A DNA stretch of 60,271 nt, the filler included, from Sphacelaria rigidula (taxonomy: Eukaryota), in assembly GCA_964200075.2 (NCBI GenBank). It is 10 parts of 10 records of this genome, joined end to end, with 100 filler letters (N's around TTAATTAATTAA, not from the genome) between each part and the next. Parts side by side here need not be neighbours in the genome. Positions count along the whole stretch, not along the records: positions 42,261 to 48,197 come from CAXNAA020023345.1; positions 48,298 to 54,234 come from CAXNAA020023346.1; positions 54,335 to 60,271 come from CAXNAA020023347.1; 7 more parts are not named here. One strand, 5' to 3'. The notes below the pieces were generated by a model, which made no database searches, was not told where the DNA came from, and saw nothing but the letters and a program-made list of their open reading frames with translations. Position numbers and translations under genes: made by a program. Of this stretch, positions 47,230 to 59,649 are shown one piece after another. The stretch's first letter is position 1. Every line of letters starts with the position of its first letter.

Positions 47230-47527
47230 CAGCACACTCTGGGCCGAGGAGAAAGGTAGAGGAAGTGCAGAGAGTGCATTATCCACCTGGCCGCGAATAA
47301 CGCTGCCGAAGGGTCAAATATATATATATATATATATTTCGTGTTCACAGGCGGGTCGATGGACTGTTGAAAGTGCCTAAATTGAGTTCGAAAAGAAGGG
47401 CAAGAAACTCCGCGGCAGCGCTACTGAGAATGTTTCGCCCACTGATGGAGAGCTATCTCTCTGTTGACGTTCTGCAACGCTGCCGAAGGGTCCAAAATAT
47501 CATCTGTCGATCGGTTTGTGCTGGCAG

Positions 47528-47657
47528 GCGTAATCGGATGCCTCCAGGCCACCGAATCCCTGAAAGTCCTAGGCGAATTCGGGGAGCCGCTGTCCGGAAA
47601 AATGTGCACCTACGACGCGCAAGACGGCTCCTTCTACCAAGTGCGGCTGCGGCCGAG
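47528..47657 (+). CDS. MOCS3: Exon of MOCS3/UBA4
   Basis: ggcAG acceptor and AG|GTATTG donor. Encodes GVIGCLQATESLKVLGEFGEPLSGKMCTYDAQDGSFYQVRLRP; phase-1 start fits. Confidence 0.92.
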
Positions 47658-48197
47658 GTATTGTGTAGCAATAGACGAGGTTGCACCTATCGTGTCGTCG
47701 TGACGTGGTACTTTGCCTCCATGTGCACCACGTAGATTGGACGGGATAGGCTAGAGTAGAAGGTTCGTAGCAGTAAAGCGGCGCGAGTGCACTGAGCCAA
47801 GTTGACAGTTTTTTTTTCGGGTTCAACCCTTAACCTGCCTTGAGCGAGGCTTTCCGAAGGGCATCGCAAACCTGCATCAAGTCTGTGAAACTTCTACACC
47901 CCAAACGATAAGCACACTGGTGAAGAACGCACGTTGTTGCGGCTTGTTTTTTTTTTGTGTGTATCATCGCATTCTCTTCGTTTTGCTTGTGTGCCCATTT
48001 GACCGCAAAGCCTTGGGGATGATTCAGGACATTATATCTTGTGCAAGACAAGCGAGCCGACATGTGGTTCGAGGGTGAAATTCCCACTTCCTTGGCTTAC
48101 TTCAGTGATCGCCCCCCCCCCCCCCCCCCCCCCCCCCGGGCCCGCGGGAACCCCGCGGGCCCCCTCCCCGCCCTGGTGGGGGGGGCCCCCCCCGGGG

Positions 48198-48297
48198 NNN
48201 NNNNNNNNNNNNNNNNNNNNNNNNNNNNNNNNNNNNNNNNNTTAATTAATTAANNNNNNNNNNNNNNNNNNNNNNNNNNNNNNNNNNNNNNNNNNNN
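48198..48297. other. Artificial contig-join spacer
   Basis: 44 N + TTAATTAATTAA + 44 N. Confidence 0.98.
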
Positions 48298-48909
48298 GAC
48301 GTATTTTCAAATATTCCACCAACACAGGGTCAACCCTGTGTTAGTGGGGGTCCGGTCCCAAAAGGGTGAATCATTTCCCCGTGCCCCAAGGAATGCTCAC
48401 ACCAAAAAACAGCGTCATCCGCGAATTATGTTTTGACGGGGTTTCGTACAGACTTTGGCATCGATTTATCTATTTTCGTACGTCACGAGACGTACGACAT
48501 GGCGTTTAACGAGGAAGCAGCTGACCGGGCTGTTGAATAGATGTCCATCTGCCCCTTGATTGGACGATCACCAAGATGTGCGAAATGCGTCGATGAGATA
48601 TGACTGTCACGGTTCAAAGTCGTTTTTAGGCTGGCCGAGCTCATACCTTTGTTCCGAATGCCCGCAACCCAGAAGGGAACATCTCTGTTGATGGTGCCGG
48701 TGTCCTCATAACCGTATCGCACGTGTACTTAGCGGCACTAGTCTGAGACACGCACATGAAAAAAATGCCCCAAGCAGCTGGCACCTGCCTCGTGCAGGGT
48801 TGCGATCAAATGAGCTGTTGAGCTAGTGATGTGAAATATTATTTTTGCCGTACAATCTCCATCGCACCCGCGTGTCTTGTCTGCGCGTATGCATGAATTG
48901 TACATGCAG

Positions 48910-49038
48910 CTGGAGAAAAGGACGTATGCCTCAGATCCAGAGTTTTTCACGAACGTGGACATGCTCAACACGTCTAGCGGCTGGACGGATCCAGTCATCT
49001 TCAGCGATCAGAGGGCTCTCACTCCCTCCACGCAAGGG
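48910..49038 (+). CDS. Exon of the contig-9 membrane protein (DUF4239/bestrophin-like candidate)
   Basis: tgcAG acceptor and GGG|GTGAGT donor. Encodes LEKRTYASDPEFFTNVDMLNTSSGWTDPVIFSDQRALTPSTQG. Confidence 0.7.
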
Positions 49039-49203
49039 GTGAGTGAGTGTCAACACAATGGGTGGTGATGACGTGCCCGAGGCATGACTTGTTTCTCGTG
49101 GCTGGATATATACATCGAACTACTGTAAGGAGCACCTTGTTTGTTCCCAAGCCGTGTTTGCCGATAGTTGGGGTGGACACATGCAAACGTTTGGAACCGC
49201 TCA

Positions 49204-49365
49204 ACACCCTGGACAATGTATGATCAATAGTTGGAATAGACAAAAATGTACTGCGTAAAGTGTAAGCCTATTGCAACTACTGTCGGCCGACAGAAGTTGC
49301 AATAGGCCTATAGTTTATGCAGTACATTTTTTGTCTAGCTGTTGACCATATGTTGTCCAGGGGGG
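49204..49365. mobile_element. Foldback MITE, same family as 45820-45990
   Basis: accctggacaa...aaaaatgtactgcgtaaa...cctattgcaacta / agttgcaatagg...tttatgcagtacattttt...ttgtccaggg. Confidence 0.85.
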
Positions 49366-49980
49366 GAAATGCTGCGGCTGGTTTCTGAGACCCGTTTCAT
49401 TGGGTGATGACGTATATGCGAATTTTCCATTCCGGACTGTCACTGAGTGGTTAACGTTTTGGCCCCCATGGTGGACCATCTCTAGACTTAGCATTATATT
49501 TATGTGGAAATGGCTGTGAGACCCACATGACACACCCTGGAGGTCAAAGGGTCAACTCTTCTCAGCGATCGTACCATGAGCACGCGTTGGACTGAAGTGA
49601 AACACAAATAGCACATCGTTAGAGGAAATACTATTTTCCTTTTTTTCGGTCGCCTGCGGCAAGTACGAAAGTAGAAAAGCGGTAGTATTGAGAATGGCTC
49701 TCCCGTGCTGATTAATTTGAGTGGGTGATTGATTGATTGATTGTCGTACTTTCACGTGTATTTACGAAAAACATGCACTGACTCATCGTAACCAACGAGT
49801 CTGTCATCGACTGAAGTTCAAGCGGTCGCGTTGAGATATGACGGTCATCATCGATTTATTTCAGGTGGTGAAGTAAGCAACCCGCTGCAAAGGAACACTG
49901 CCGCGTTGACGTGTGGTGGTGGAAAAGCTAAGTCATGTCGTGATCCAAACCCGAAATTGCGAATCAAACGAACAATGCAG

Positions 49981-50079
49981 GCTGTGTCTTCGTCCGTCAT
50001 CCGAGTTCTCCTGGTGGGAGCGGGCTTCTTGTTTTTTCCCGATATCGTCACCAACCTCGCCCCGCTGGTGTTTGCACAG
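49981..50079 (+). CDS. Exon of the contig-9 membrane protein (TM helix 1)
   Basis: tgcAG acceptor and CAG|GTATGT donor. Encodes AVSSSVIRVLLVGAGFLFFPDIVTNLAPLVFAQ. Confidence 0.75.
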
Positions 50080-50496
50080 GTATGTTGCGTGTGGATTGCG
50101 GTGTTGATATTGTTGTTGACAAAGGTTCACTTGATGATGTCGTCGTCGTCATTGTTGTTGTTGTTGTTGATGATATTAGAGAGTTTCGGAAAACAAAAAC
50201 AGGCCGGAGAAACTCAGGGGTAATTTTCGTTTGATTGAATTTCAGTAAGAAGACGCAAATTATCCCTGAGTTTTTGGCTCAAAAATTTGTTTTCCGAACT
50301 CCATTGATGTCTTCGGGGGCAGAGTTCCGTCGCTTCTCCTGCTGCTTCTACCCGAAGATTGCTGCTGAGTCTTTCGTCCTTTTCATGGTCGCATCACACC
50401 AAGGTTGTACTCGGAGCACACATCCTGTTGCATGCTTGTTCTTAGGAGCATGACCGCGGTAATCTATCTCTGTTGCGCTTGTGTTGGTCGTGGCAG

Positions 50497-50601
50497 GATG
50501 GCGCGTTGAGCGATGACGTGCGAGTAGGGCTCACCGCCTCCTTTTTGCCGGGCGTGTCCCTGCTCTTGGGTGCTTTGTTCTCCTACACCATTTCTTTGTT
50601 G
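50497..50601 (+). CDS. Exon of the contig-9 membrane protein (TM helix 2)
   Basis: ggcAG acceptor and TTG|GTGAGG donor. Encodes DGALSDDVRVGLTASFLPGVSLLLGALFSYTISLL. Not in the ORF track. Confidence 0.75.
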
Positions 50602-50983
50602 GTGAGGTGTTGGTGAGGAGGGAACGATACACAGCCAGCGCGCTGGGCTCAGCGATTAGCCGGTGATCGGTGTATGTGTGTGTGTGTGATTGTGTTTCTG
50701 TCTGTGTCTGTGTCGGTGTCGGTGTCTGTGTCTGTGGCTGCGTCCGTGTCCATGTCTGAATCTGTGTCTGCGTCTGTCTGTCTGTCTATGCATTTCAGTG
50801 CGTGCCTGAAGCTACGTGTGATGCGTGTATGTATAACTGTATCCATGTGCCGTTTGTTTACGGCCTGTGTCTGTGTCTGTGTCTGCGTCGGGATCACTAG
50901 CTTATCGGGGTCCGCATCGGTTACACTCGTTGACTCTTGCTCGGTCCTGATGTCTGTGCTGCATCTGCGCCATCGCGTCGAAG

Positions 50984-51072
50984 GTGGGCAGGCAGATCAA
51001 GATAGAGGAGGTTGTCAACGCCGAGGTGGCTGGGTTGTCGGTGCTGGTGTTACATCTTCAGGATTACTTCAG
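50984..51072 (+). CDS. Exon of the contig-9 membrane protein
   Basis: gaAG acceptor and AG|GTGAAT donor. Encodes VGRQIKIEEVVNAEVAGLSVLVLHLQDYF, phase 0 to 2. Confidence 0.75.
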
Positions 51073-51569
51073 GTGAATTCAAGTCTTCTCCTGACCCCCT
51101 CCCACCAGGAAACATGAAATGAGATGAAAAAAATTGTACCGACTGTTGTATACTGCGCGGACATAAGACAAACATCGACAAAAGGTATGTCCATGGACTC
51201 CTCTTCTTTGGCAGTGCAGGGACGTTGTGGGGAAAATCAAACCTGACAAAACGCATCACCGCGAGATGCCATCTCCCCTGATTTTTTTATATAGTAGCGG
51301 AAAATTGCCATCTTTTGCGGGGCATTTGTAGCCCATGTTGCTTGCTTCGAACATCAAGTTCCCATCGCAGAGCTATTCCTGTGGTGGTATACTCGCAAAA
51401 CGTGTTCGTGTGTCGATTCCAGAAAGGGTCCAGTTTTTCATGATGATTGTGGTGATGATGATGTTAACCTCGGGTACGTACGTGCGTTCATATTGTGATG
51501 AACGCTGGATTTGTGGCAGGTCATTATTGTGCAACATCAATCAAACAGTCAAAAAGTAATAGTTAGGTC

Positions 51570-51613
<44 letters not shown>
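51570..51613. repeat. (AGT)n microsatellite
   Basis: About 14 perfect units. Confidence 0.95.
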
Positions 51614-52140
51614 ATAGTATTCGTAGTGAGAGCAGTAGTCTATTTTTACGATTTATTATTTTACTTATTTTTTTGTCGCACTCTGAACCCTCCCCTTTCT
51701 CGGGAAGTACTTGTAGTCTCAAGGGGTCAGCCCATCTCTCCCCGGTAGGAGTAATTAGAACAAGAAGAGACGATGTGTACACGCTGCTGGCGTCCGCATT
51801 GCGTCTTTGTATAAGCGCGGGTCCGATATATCGGGTGAGTGTGTGACTAACAAATAATTAAGGTAATTGTGAAAAGATTGCCTACAGCGTGAAGAAGAAC
51901 GCTTCTGGGAGCTCAAGCGCGTGCGCAATATATCAACCGCTCTGTAGCGTGGTCGATCGTTGCTCACATGCGCTTTTTCCGCCCCACGTACACCACCGGA
52001 CCATCGCTCTTGAGCTTACGTGTCACCCTACCATCCAAGCAACACAAGCAACAGAAGCAACACAGAGCAAAGGAGACCGAGAATGACCTGAATCGAACGC
52101 TGAGTGCTCTGCGCTTGTTTCCATCCCCCCTCTTCCTCAG

Positions 52141-52270
52141 GTATCAAAGAGACGAGCTGGAGGCGTGCATGGAGGCAGCGTGGAGGCATACGGACACGCT
52201 CATTTTTCAGAGTCGATATCAGGAGATTCTCATGCTCGTGCAAGATGATCCCCTGGAGGACCTCATGCGG
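52141..52270 (+). CDS. Exon of the contig-9 membrane protein (3' partial)
   Basis: ctcttcctcAG acceptor and CGG|GTAATC donor; phase-2 start fits. Encodes RYQRDELEACMEAAWRHTDTLIFQSRYQEILMLVQDDPLEDLMR. Confidence 0.78.
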
Positions 52271-52479
52271 GTAATCAGGCTTCATCCTGTTAGCCCTGTG
52301 CTATTGCCATGCGCCAAGATATGTTCGGAAACACAAGGACACTCATGCATGTGAATTTTGTTTCGCCCACCACTATCTTGTGCTATTAGTAGCATTGGTA
52401 CTACAAGCTGGGCCAGCTGATGGTGTTTCTTGTCGGTAATCGGGTGACGTGGTGCTCAATTTGAGGAATTAGGCGCTGA

Positions 52480-52910
52480 AATTTCGACGCGATGTTTTCA
52501 TCATCAACACGCGCAACATTTCCGGGGATGCGCAAGAAGAACAAAAAAAGCTAGAGCGATTCGAAATTTTAACAAAAACTGGAAAATGTCACAACTCTGT
52601 AAAAGAGAAACGGCGGCATCCCCGGAAATAATATTTGTACTTGCGCGTACGAGTAGGAGATGTTGGTAAAATTTCGGCTTGAAAATCCCAAAATTGGGTC
52701 CAGCGTGGAACTTTTCGTGTAACACCGCTGCGCCCCTATAATCCAAGCGGTACAGGAGACTCCAGTTATGAAGGTCACGAGTTTGAATCCCGACATACTC
52801 CCTTTTTTTTCTTGTTCCGTCGCTAAGTTCATATAGTATGCAGAACATTTTTCATTTGTTTTTAGCGGTAGAGCGTCCGTGACCAGGTTGGTCTGCAGTT
52901 CACAGCGTTG
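52480..52910 (+). repeat. Dispersed repeat with internal tRNA-like/B-box segment
   Basis: Homologous to 42650-43110 (reverse complement). gagtttgaatcccgaca at about 52779-52795 followed by a T-run. Confidence 0.7.
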
Positions 52911-54167
52911 TTCGTTGATCAGGCTGATTCGGGTTCGTAAGTCTTACTGCTGGCCCAGCTCGCATTAGTATTTTCAGTATCAATTGTATTAATAGCGTGT
53001 ATATCAGTGTTATTATTAGTATAGTAAGTGTCATTTCCGCACATTGGCGTGAAGAAGCGAACACACCCCACGGTAATATTTTTTTCTCGCCCGAACACGC
53101 CCTTCGGTTTGTGTGTGCGCGCACGCGTGTATGTTTTGTTTGGATCCCGCGTGTAATCCATGACGACTGACCCAAAGTCTTGTCCCTGATATTCACGCAT
53201 TTTGTCGCTCTTAACCAGATCACCCCCCTCACCCCACCCTCCATGACCTTCTGCTGCATGTAGAAGTTAGTGGCAGAATATACCCATCAGTGGTGTCAAG
53301 AGCCACGCAAGTTGAAAGAATGAAGGCGGTAGATAGTATATACAGTATAGTTATGGTTCGTACTCGAAAGTGAAAGTGTATATACTGCACGAGCAAGCCC
53401 TTCATATTTTCGCAGTATGCTCTTGTGGTAGTTACGCCGCCGCGCCGCGATGGTGTCGATGGTTCTCGCTGGTACTAAAATAAATAGTACATCTTTGAAC
53501 CCGTCAGGATGGACGACTTTTTTTCGAAAGAGTACTTGCATCTGATTTCTGTCGAAAATGTCCAGGCGTAACTGGCAAGGGCATTTCTTTACAAACGTCG
53601 ATGCGGTGCGAGAGTATTTGGTCATGATCCGATCCGCGGAACCAAAAATGTCAGGAATGTAGGGGGAGAGAGCTGGGTTGTTCCCTTGAGCGTACGGACT
53701 CGTCCTTTTGACGGGGAAAGAGGTGAGGGTTGGAGGACGGCGAGAAAAAGGAATTCGCAAGTAGTGTTTGGAAGCTGCCCATAAGTTGTTGAATTGCACC
53801 GCCTCTCTATTAGTATGTGCTGCTGCAGCAAAGAGTACGGGAACGGAAGATGTGCGCTCCCCTGCGGTCACGTGCGCGTTCAGTCATTTCGGCGGTTAGA
53901 ATCGGTCGACTGAGACTTTCCAAAATTATGTTTTGCGATATATTATTGTATGAATTTAATATAGAATATATACTTTTGCATATACAGTACATACTTTCGA
54001 TGTCGTAAGTTGCGGAAGATTCGATATTTTGCTTCTGCAGATCATCGTATATAGCAACATCGAAGTCCTTGATCGAAACACTTGTTTGGAACCAAGACAA
54101 AAAATAGCAAAACTTGACCCTCGTGGACAATTACCCGCCTTGCCCCCCCCCCTCCAACCTGTGTTTG

Positions 54168-54234
54168 CTCCGTCTCGAAAGGGATGCGTGGTCAATGGTC
54201 AGACGACTAAGGCAAGCAACAAATGAGTATGCCT
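54168..54234 (-). repeat. G-run-headed short repeat family copy (contig end)
   Basis: ctccgtctcgaaagggatgcgtggtcaatggtcagacgactaaggcaagcaacaaatgagtatgcc. Confidence 0.8.
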
Positions 54235-54334
54235 NNNNNNNNNNNNNNNNNNNNNNNNNNNNNNNNNNNNNNNNNNNNTTAATTAATTAANNNNNNNNNN
54301 NNNNNNNNNNNNNNNNNNNNNNNNNNNNNNNNNN
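54235..54334. other. Artificial contig-join spacer
   Basis: 44 N + TTAATTAATTAA + 44 N. Confidence 0.98.
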
Positions 54335-57013
54335 TTCATTCATCACGAGTCAACTTATTACACTAAAACCAAGTAATTTGCTGACGAATCATTATTTGTC
54401 CTAACCGTGCAGTTTTTGGATGCAATATCTTCCCTGCATTCGGCCTACGGGTACGAGAAGGACCACGCTTCATGCATGATAACTAGTATGCAAGAACCAC
54501 GCTTTTCCGACGTCTCCACTCTGCCCTCGGGAGGAGTCGGCGATCAGCCACGCCCCCGTATTGTACCCACGATAGTGCAGTATGACAAAAAAAAACGTAC
54601 CACACTGTCCCATAATATAAGGTCGATATGCTGGTCCTATAATATAAGGTCGGTTCCAGTTGAGCGTGTTGCGAATGGTTTGAAACTGCCATACTCTACT
54701 TCGTGACAATGGTTTTGCAACGATTATAAGGCAGCCTGACGCCAAAGTCTCACCTGGAACGCGGGGATGGTTCGTATCTATCCCCCCCGGGGATACCCGG
54801 GGACGGCATAGATTTCTCCAGTAAGGAAATATGGCTTTTTTCAAAACGCTCTTGCGGGGCCAAGAAGTACTCTGTTTGCACCATTTTTGTTTGTTGTTTC
54901 TCGTCTCTCTGGACTTCTACGCGAATGCCAATCTTTTGTATCAGCGATGGTATCGGTGCACACCGAGTGAAATATCCAAAACTAAAAAGCCCGTCCGGCT
55001 TTGAGGCAAGAGGAGGGAACTCGAAAAAAAAAAGAAGGTCAGGCATGCGGGGGAAAAAAAGTGGTCGTTGCGGGGCTCGAATCCACGTCAAAAAATTAAA
55101 TCTTGGAGTGGAGATATCCTGTTTTTTGTCCATATCGACCTTATATTAGGGGACAGAATGGTACCTGTTTTATTCTTCATTTTGTCCTCGTTCATATTTT
55201 TGGCGGTAGCAGTACACTAGCACAGGATGCATACCCGCAAGGGCATCTCTAGGAGGCGGCCTTATCTTGCCACAACCACCATGAAATACCCCAGGCTCGG
55301 GGGAAATATGACAAATGTATGTGTAATACGGTATAAATTCTATGAAACCCTCGCTTTCTGTTCCGTGCGTCACGACGACACCTGCATTTGCCGTAGTCTA
55401 GTTCGCGAGGAATCTACGATGGCAGTGGCCGGGAGGATATCCCGCTTTGTACCCGACTCGGGATGACTGGGTACAAGCTGGGTTAACACGGCAACTGCTG
55501 TAACCCTATATTTTCTTACCATCTGTTGACTTTGTCTTTGGTCGGTGGTCCCACTGACTGTGTTATCTGGTTGTGCGTTTTGTACCCGTTCTACTGTACT
55601 GCGTCCTCGGGCTTCATGACGTCCGTCGTTCCCTTCTTCTCTGTTCTCTTTGTTCTATCCCCGTCTCTCTCCCTCTCCATGTGTTCCGTTCCTCCCGGTG
55701 TACGCAAGTCGTACAGCAGTTTGATGCCTCGCTTCGATAGGGTACACGCGTGAGAGAACTCCTGCTCGAAACAGTGTGGCGAACTAAGCTGGGTCGTGAT
55801 CTGTTCCCACGTTTTTTTTTGTATGTCTTCGTTTGGGTATATGAGTGCACATGCTCATTATGGCGCAATATATATATTTTCCGCCTGAAGCCATGTCGTA
55901 TGAGAGGTCAGTCATTTTTAGTTTTTTTCAGTCTACTTCGTTTGTTCGTCTCGTTGTTCCATTACATATTTACGTTTTTTTCACTTTTCTTCAGAGAGTG
56001 TTGCCGTTTTGACTACCTTGGGCGCGTACGTCCATCTTGTGGATAATGACCAGTCACGGCTAGGTATTTCGTAGATCAGTTAATGTGGAGACAATCCATC
56101 AAGCAAACTGCAGTTCACAATGTCTCAACTGTCGGTACTACGTACTGCACTGTCTGTACTGCTGCTGCACCCTACATGAAACACATTTTTTTCCCTCCTC
56201 ATCATCAGCCGCTGAATGCCGAACACAACAGCAAAAAATACAACCAGGACTATCACTGCTGTCCGCAACCTTCACACTCTCTCTGCTGTTGCCATTTCCG
56301 CCTGGTGTCACATTTGCAATGTACGGTATATTGATACGACCATAAATAAGAAAGTATCTTGACACACAACAAAAGGGGGACAGACCGGTCTCAAAAGACT
56401 GCGCGAAGAGCAAAAAAGCATATTTCTTTCCTGTGTGCGTTCCAAAGGTTGAGTGGTCGTAAAAGTTTGGGCAAAATAATATTTGAAGACAAGGTACAAT
56501 AGTCCGAAATGGTCCATCTGTACGGGAACATAATGGGCCAAGCAGCCAATCAAATCCATCGAAAAAACCACATCGCTCCCCCTCATGCCTGCTGCTCGAC
56601 CCGGACCTTTCCTAGAATTACGCATGGTTGGTACGGGGAAGCTTTACCGGACCATATGGGAATCTGCACCCCTCCCTCCTCGAAAAGGACCCCCCCCTTC
56701 CTCCCCCCCCCCTCCCCTACCCCACCCGCCCGTTTGAAACTCCTCGGAAACTCCTGGACGGTCAGCAGGCAAAAATGCCCCGAGGAGAAACTCGCTGTCA
56801 AAGGGTTGACCCTTTGATAAGCGCCACGGTGGACCATCTGTTGAATCGGCATCATCCTCACTTGAAAAATAGTAAGATCCGCATGACCCATCCCGGAGGC
56901 TCGAAGAGATGCAGTAACTTTGTTCGATCGCTAGGGTGGGTGGGTGGGTCATTCGTTGAATAGGCACCACCATTGTTGTGTAAGTTAGTCACCGACTGGG
57001 TGATATATTTTAT

Positions 57014-57219
57014 TAGAAAGTTTCGGAAAACGATTTCTTGTTATTTCTGAGTGCAAATATCTCCGGATCAGAATCTAGCGAAAAAATATGTTCCCCTCCG
57101 TCAAATGTGGTATGCCCTCAACGTTTTTTCGATGAGACTTTCTTCATTTCATTCTGCACTTTGATCCCGAGATAGTTGCACTCAGAAACAACAAAAAAGC
57201 GTTTTTCCGAAACTCTCTA
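57014..57219. mobile_element. MITE-like element with ~60-bp TIRs
   Basis: tagaaagtttcggaaaacgatttcttgttatttctgagtgcaaatatctccggatca vs tgatcccgagatagttgcactcagaaacaacaaaaaagcgtttttccgaaactctcta. Confidence 0.75.
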
Positions 57220-59649
57220 TTGGATGATATGCAGAAGGGATTTGAAGAGAACATCAGACAATGTTATCACCACCACCTGCGTGTCCTGCCCGAAACCGCA
57301 CGTCCATACTTATTTCCAGTAAAACGAGTTTTTTTCAGGTGCTCTACAGGCGCGAACACGGCACCATGCATTGTACATGATATCCTCGAGCGCCCACGGC
57401 TTTCTATTCCGAGAATCCGGTCTGAGAAATCTGCGAACATTTTTCAAGGGTCGAACGAATCAAGGATTCGTGCTGAAATTACTTGATTCTAGTGTGATTG
57501 ATTCGTACGGTACGAATCAATCCCTACACTTTGTTTTCAGCGTTGCAACTCAGGTACCCGAAGACCAGGCACGTGGAATGGCGCAAAAGTTGCGTAGAGA
57601 CTTCTTTGACCAGCGGTCGACTTTTTTCTCTCTTTCGATCGATCAGGTCTAAGAAATCGTGGGTTTGGTGATTCTAACCGGCGATGATTCGTCCGAACCG
57701 TGCAACATTTGGATTATGACAACGGTAAGTGTCCACGGTCCTCCCTACTATGTATTCTCTTTGCTACATCAGAGATATGTACAATTCCTTGGAGTATGAC
57801 ACACCGGGGGAGAGATGGGATGATCTCCTGAGACCACGGACTCGTCCCGAGGAAGGGGAGGGGTTCAAGGTGCGACCAAAAAAAATGAATGACATTGTAG
57901 CAGTTCACATCCATAGCTGTTGAGCAGGCGGGTTGGATTTTTTGCAGCATTGCCTGTCTGCTGCGAAGACACTTACAGCGGCGCACTCGTACTAGTCTAC
58001 GGCTTATAAACCCTTTTTTCATGCCACGCCAAACGTATAGTGGTGATCCGCTCACCGCTCATCATGGATGCCTCTATCCACCCAATATGACCGTTGCACC
58101 CCCCGTACAGATCATGAGCTAGCTCATCCATCACGTATATATAGTCCACGTCTTGAAAACATGTACAGACGAGCTCAACCGGGGAAAACATGTGCAGCTC
58201 ATGTAGTCCATACAGCGCCTTATAAGCTCACTACGGGAACAGATGAGCTAGGTTGTGTAGTTCCTCATAGCTCACTCTAGGTAAATATGTTCGCGGATGA
58301 GCTATCCTCTTATAACTCAATATTTGAATGCATGTGCAGCTCACATCTCTCCTGCAGCTCCTATAGCTGACTCTGGGCAAATATATAGAAAATATAAACC
58401 CTTGACGAGCCGGGTCTCGTTTCGGAACAACTAACCATGTTTTCGTGAGATCGAGAGTAGAGCGTTGATTGAGAGTGGGTTTCGTCATTTGCTTTAACTT
58501 AGCAACTTTTCCATCTTCATGTGTGCTTGTCTCTGCCTGTAACACTGGTGTGTGCTCACAGCTACAAGTCCATATCCTACGCGGGGATATCAAGGGCTTC
58601 AGTGGCGAGATACTACAGAAAGCGTATCGGGCCTCGTGGAGGGGCATTTCGGGTCTGAAAATATTCGTTAATTAATTGACCGCTGCTCACTCTCAATCGT
58701 ATCCTCTACACTAAACCTCACGAAAACATCGTGAAATATCAATATTTCGACCGACAGATCAAGCCGTGGTGACAAATACACGCACCCAAGGAGAACCAAG
58801 CGGAAGTACTCGCCGAAGGGAAAGTCGAGAGGGGGAGAAGACAAAAAAATCACGAGAAATCGAACAAATGCAGTGGACTACTGATGCCCGCGATCAACGA
58901 CACAAATCTCTCGAAAAATCATGCACAGCAGCAGCGGTATCAGCGAAGTAACTCACGGTGTACAGTAGAGCAGGGAAGACGACGCCGAGCAGTCATCGTC
59001 TGAGGTTTTTCGTTGCTCCAAGGAGCAGTAACACTTGTTCACCACGGAGTATATTTCACTCCACCGTTTGAGCGCCGGACCTCGTTCACGTACACAATAA
59101 TTTCGGCTGATAGTCCCGCGGGAGAAGTTCACACATCATGTTGTCATATACTGTAATGTTTGAAACAAACGTCACATGGTTCCCCTGCACAGGTAGTAGA
59201 TGGCTGCATACGGTACAGTACAGTGCAGTGGTCCCCCGCTGCTCTCCTTCCGTCCGAGTTGCACAGCTATCATCAAGCACTCGAACGCTGCCCCGCGCTT
59301 GGCAAATGTGATGGTTGGGCGTACATAATGAACATTTCGCTCGATTCAACCTTCGCCACCTTTTCGACTACGTGGCCCATATATTTTCAACCCTCAGCCC
59401 GCTCCTTATAGCAAACAAAAATGAAGTCCTGTAATAATGCGTTTTTGGTCCTTCTTCATCGCTTCACGCCCTAAGAGAGAGTGAGGCGGAGTTTGATCCC
59501 TGGAATGACTTCTTGTACTCGTCGAGACGGTTCTCGGATATCTTCGCGTTTTCTGGTGGCCGCAGTTTTTATTTTGGCCAAACTTGATTTTTCGTCCCAG
59601 AACGATCAAGAACGGTCTGATTGAAAATAAAACTGTCATTTTTCTCTGG

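Noticed and set aside
5939..54334. Perfectly periodic TTAATTAATTAA motif every 6037 bp as a biological array
   Set aside because: It is embedded in fixed-length N runs and is a six-frame-stop assembly linker.
54413..58658. Candidate + strand exons in contig 10 (about 54413, 55397, 57235, 57541, 58562)
   Set aside because: The acceptors are plausible, but there is no recognisable protein and no unique phase-consistent chain.
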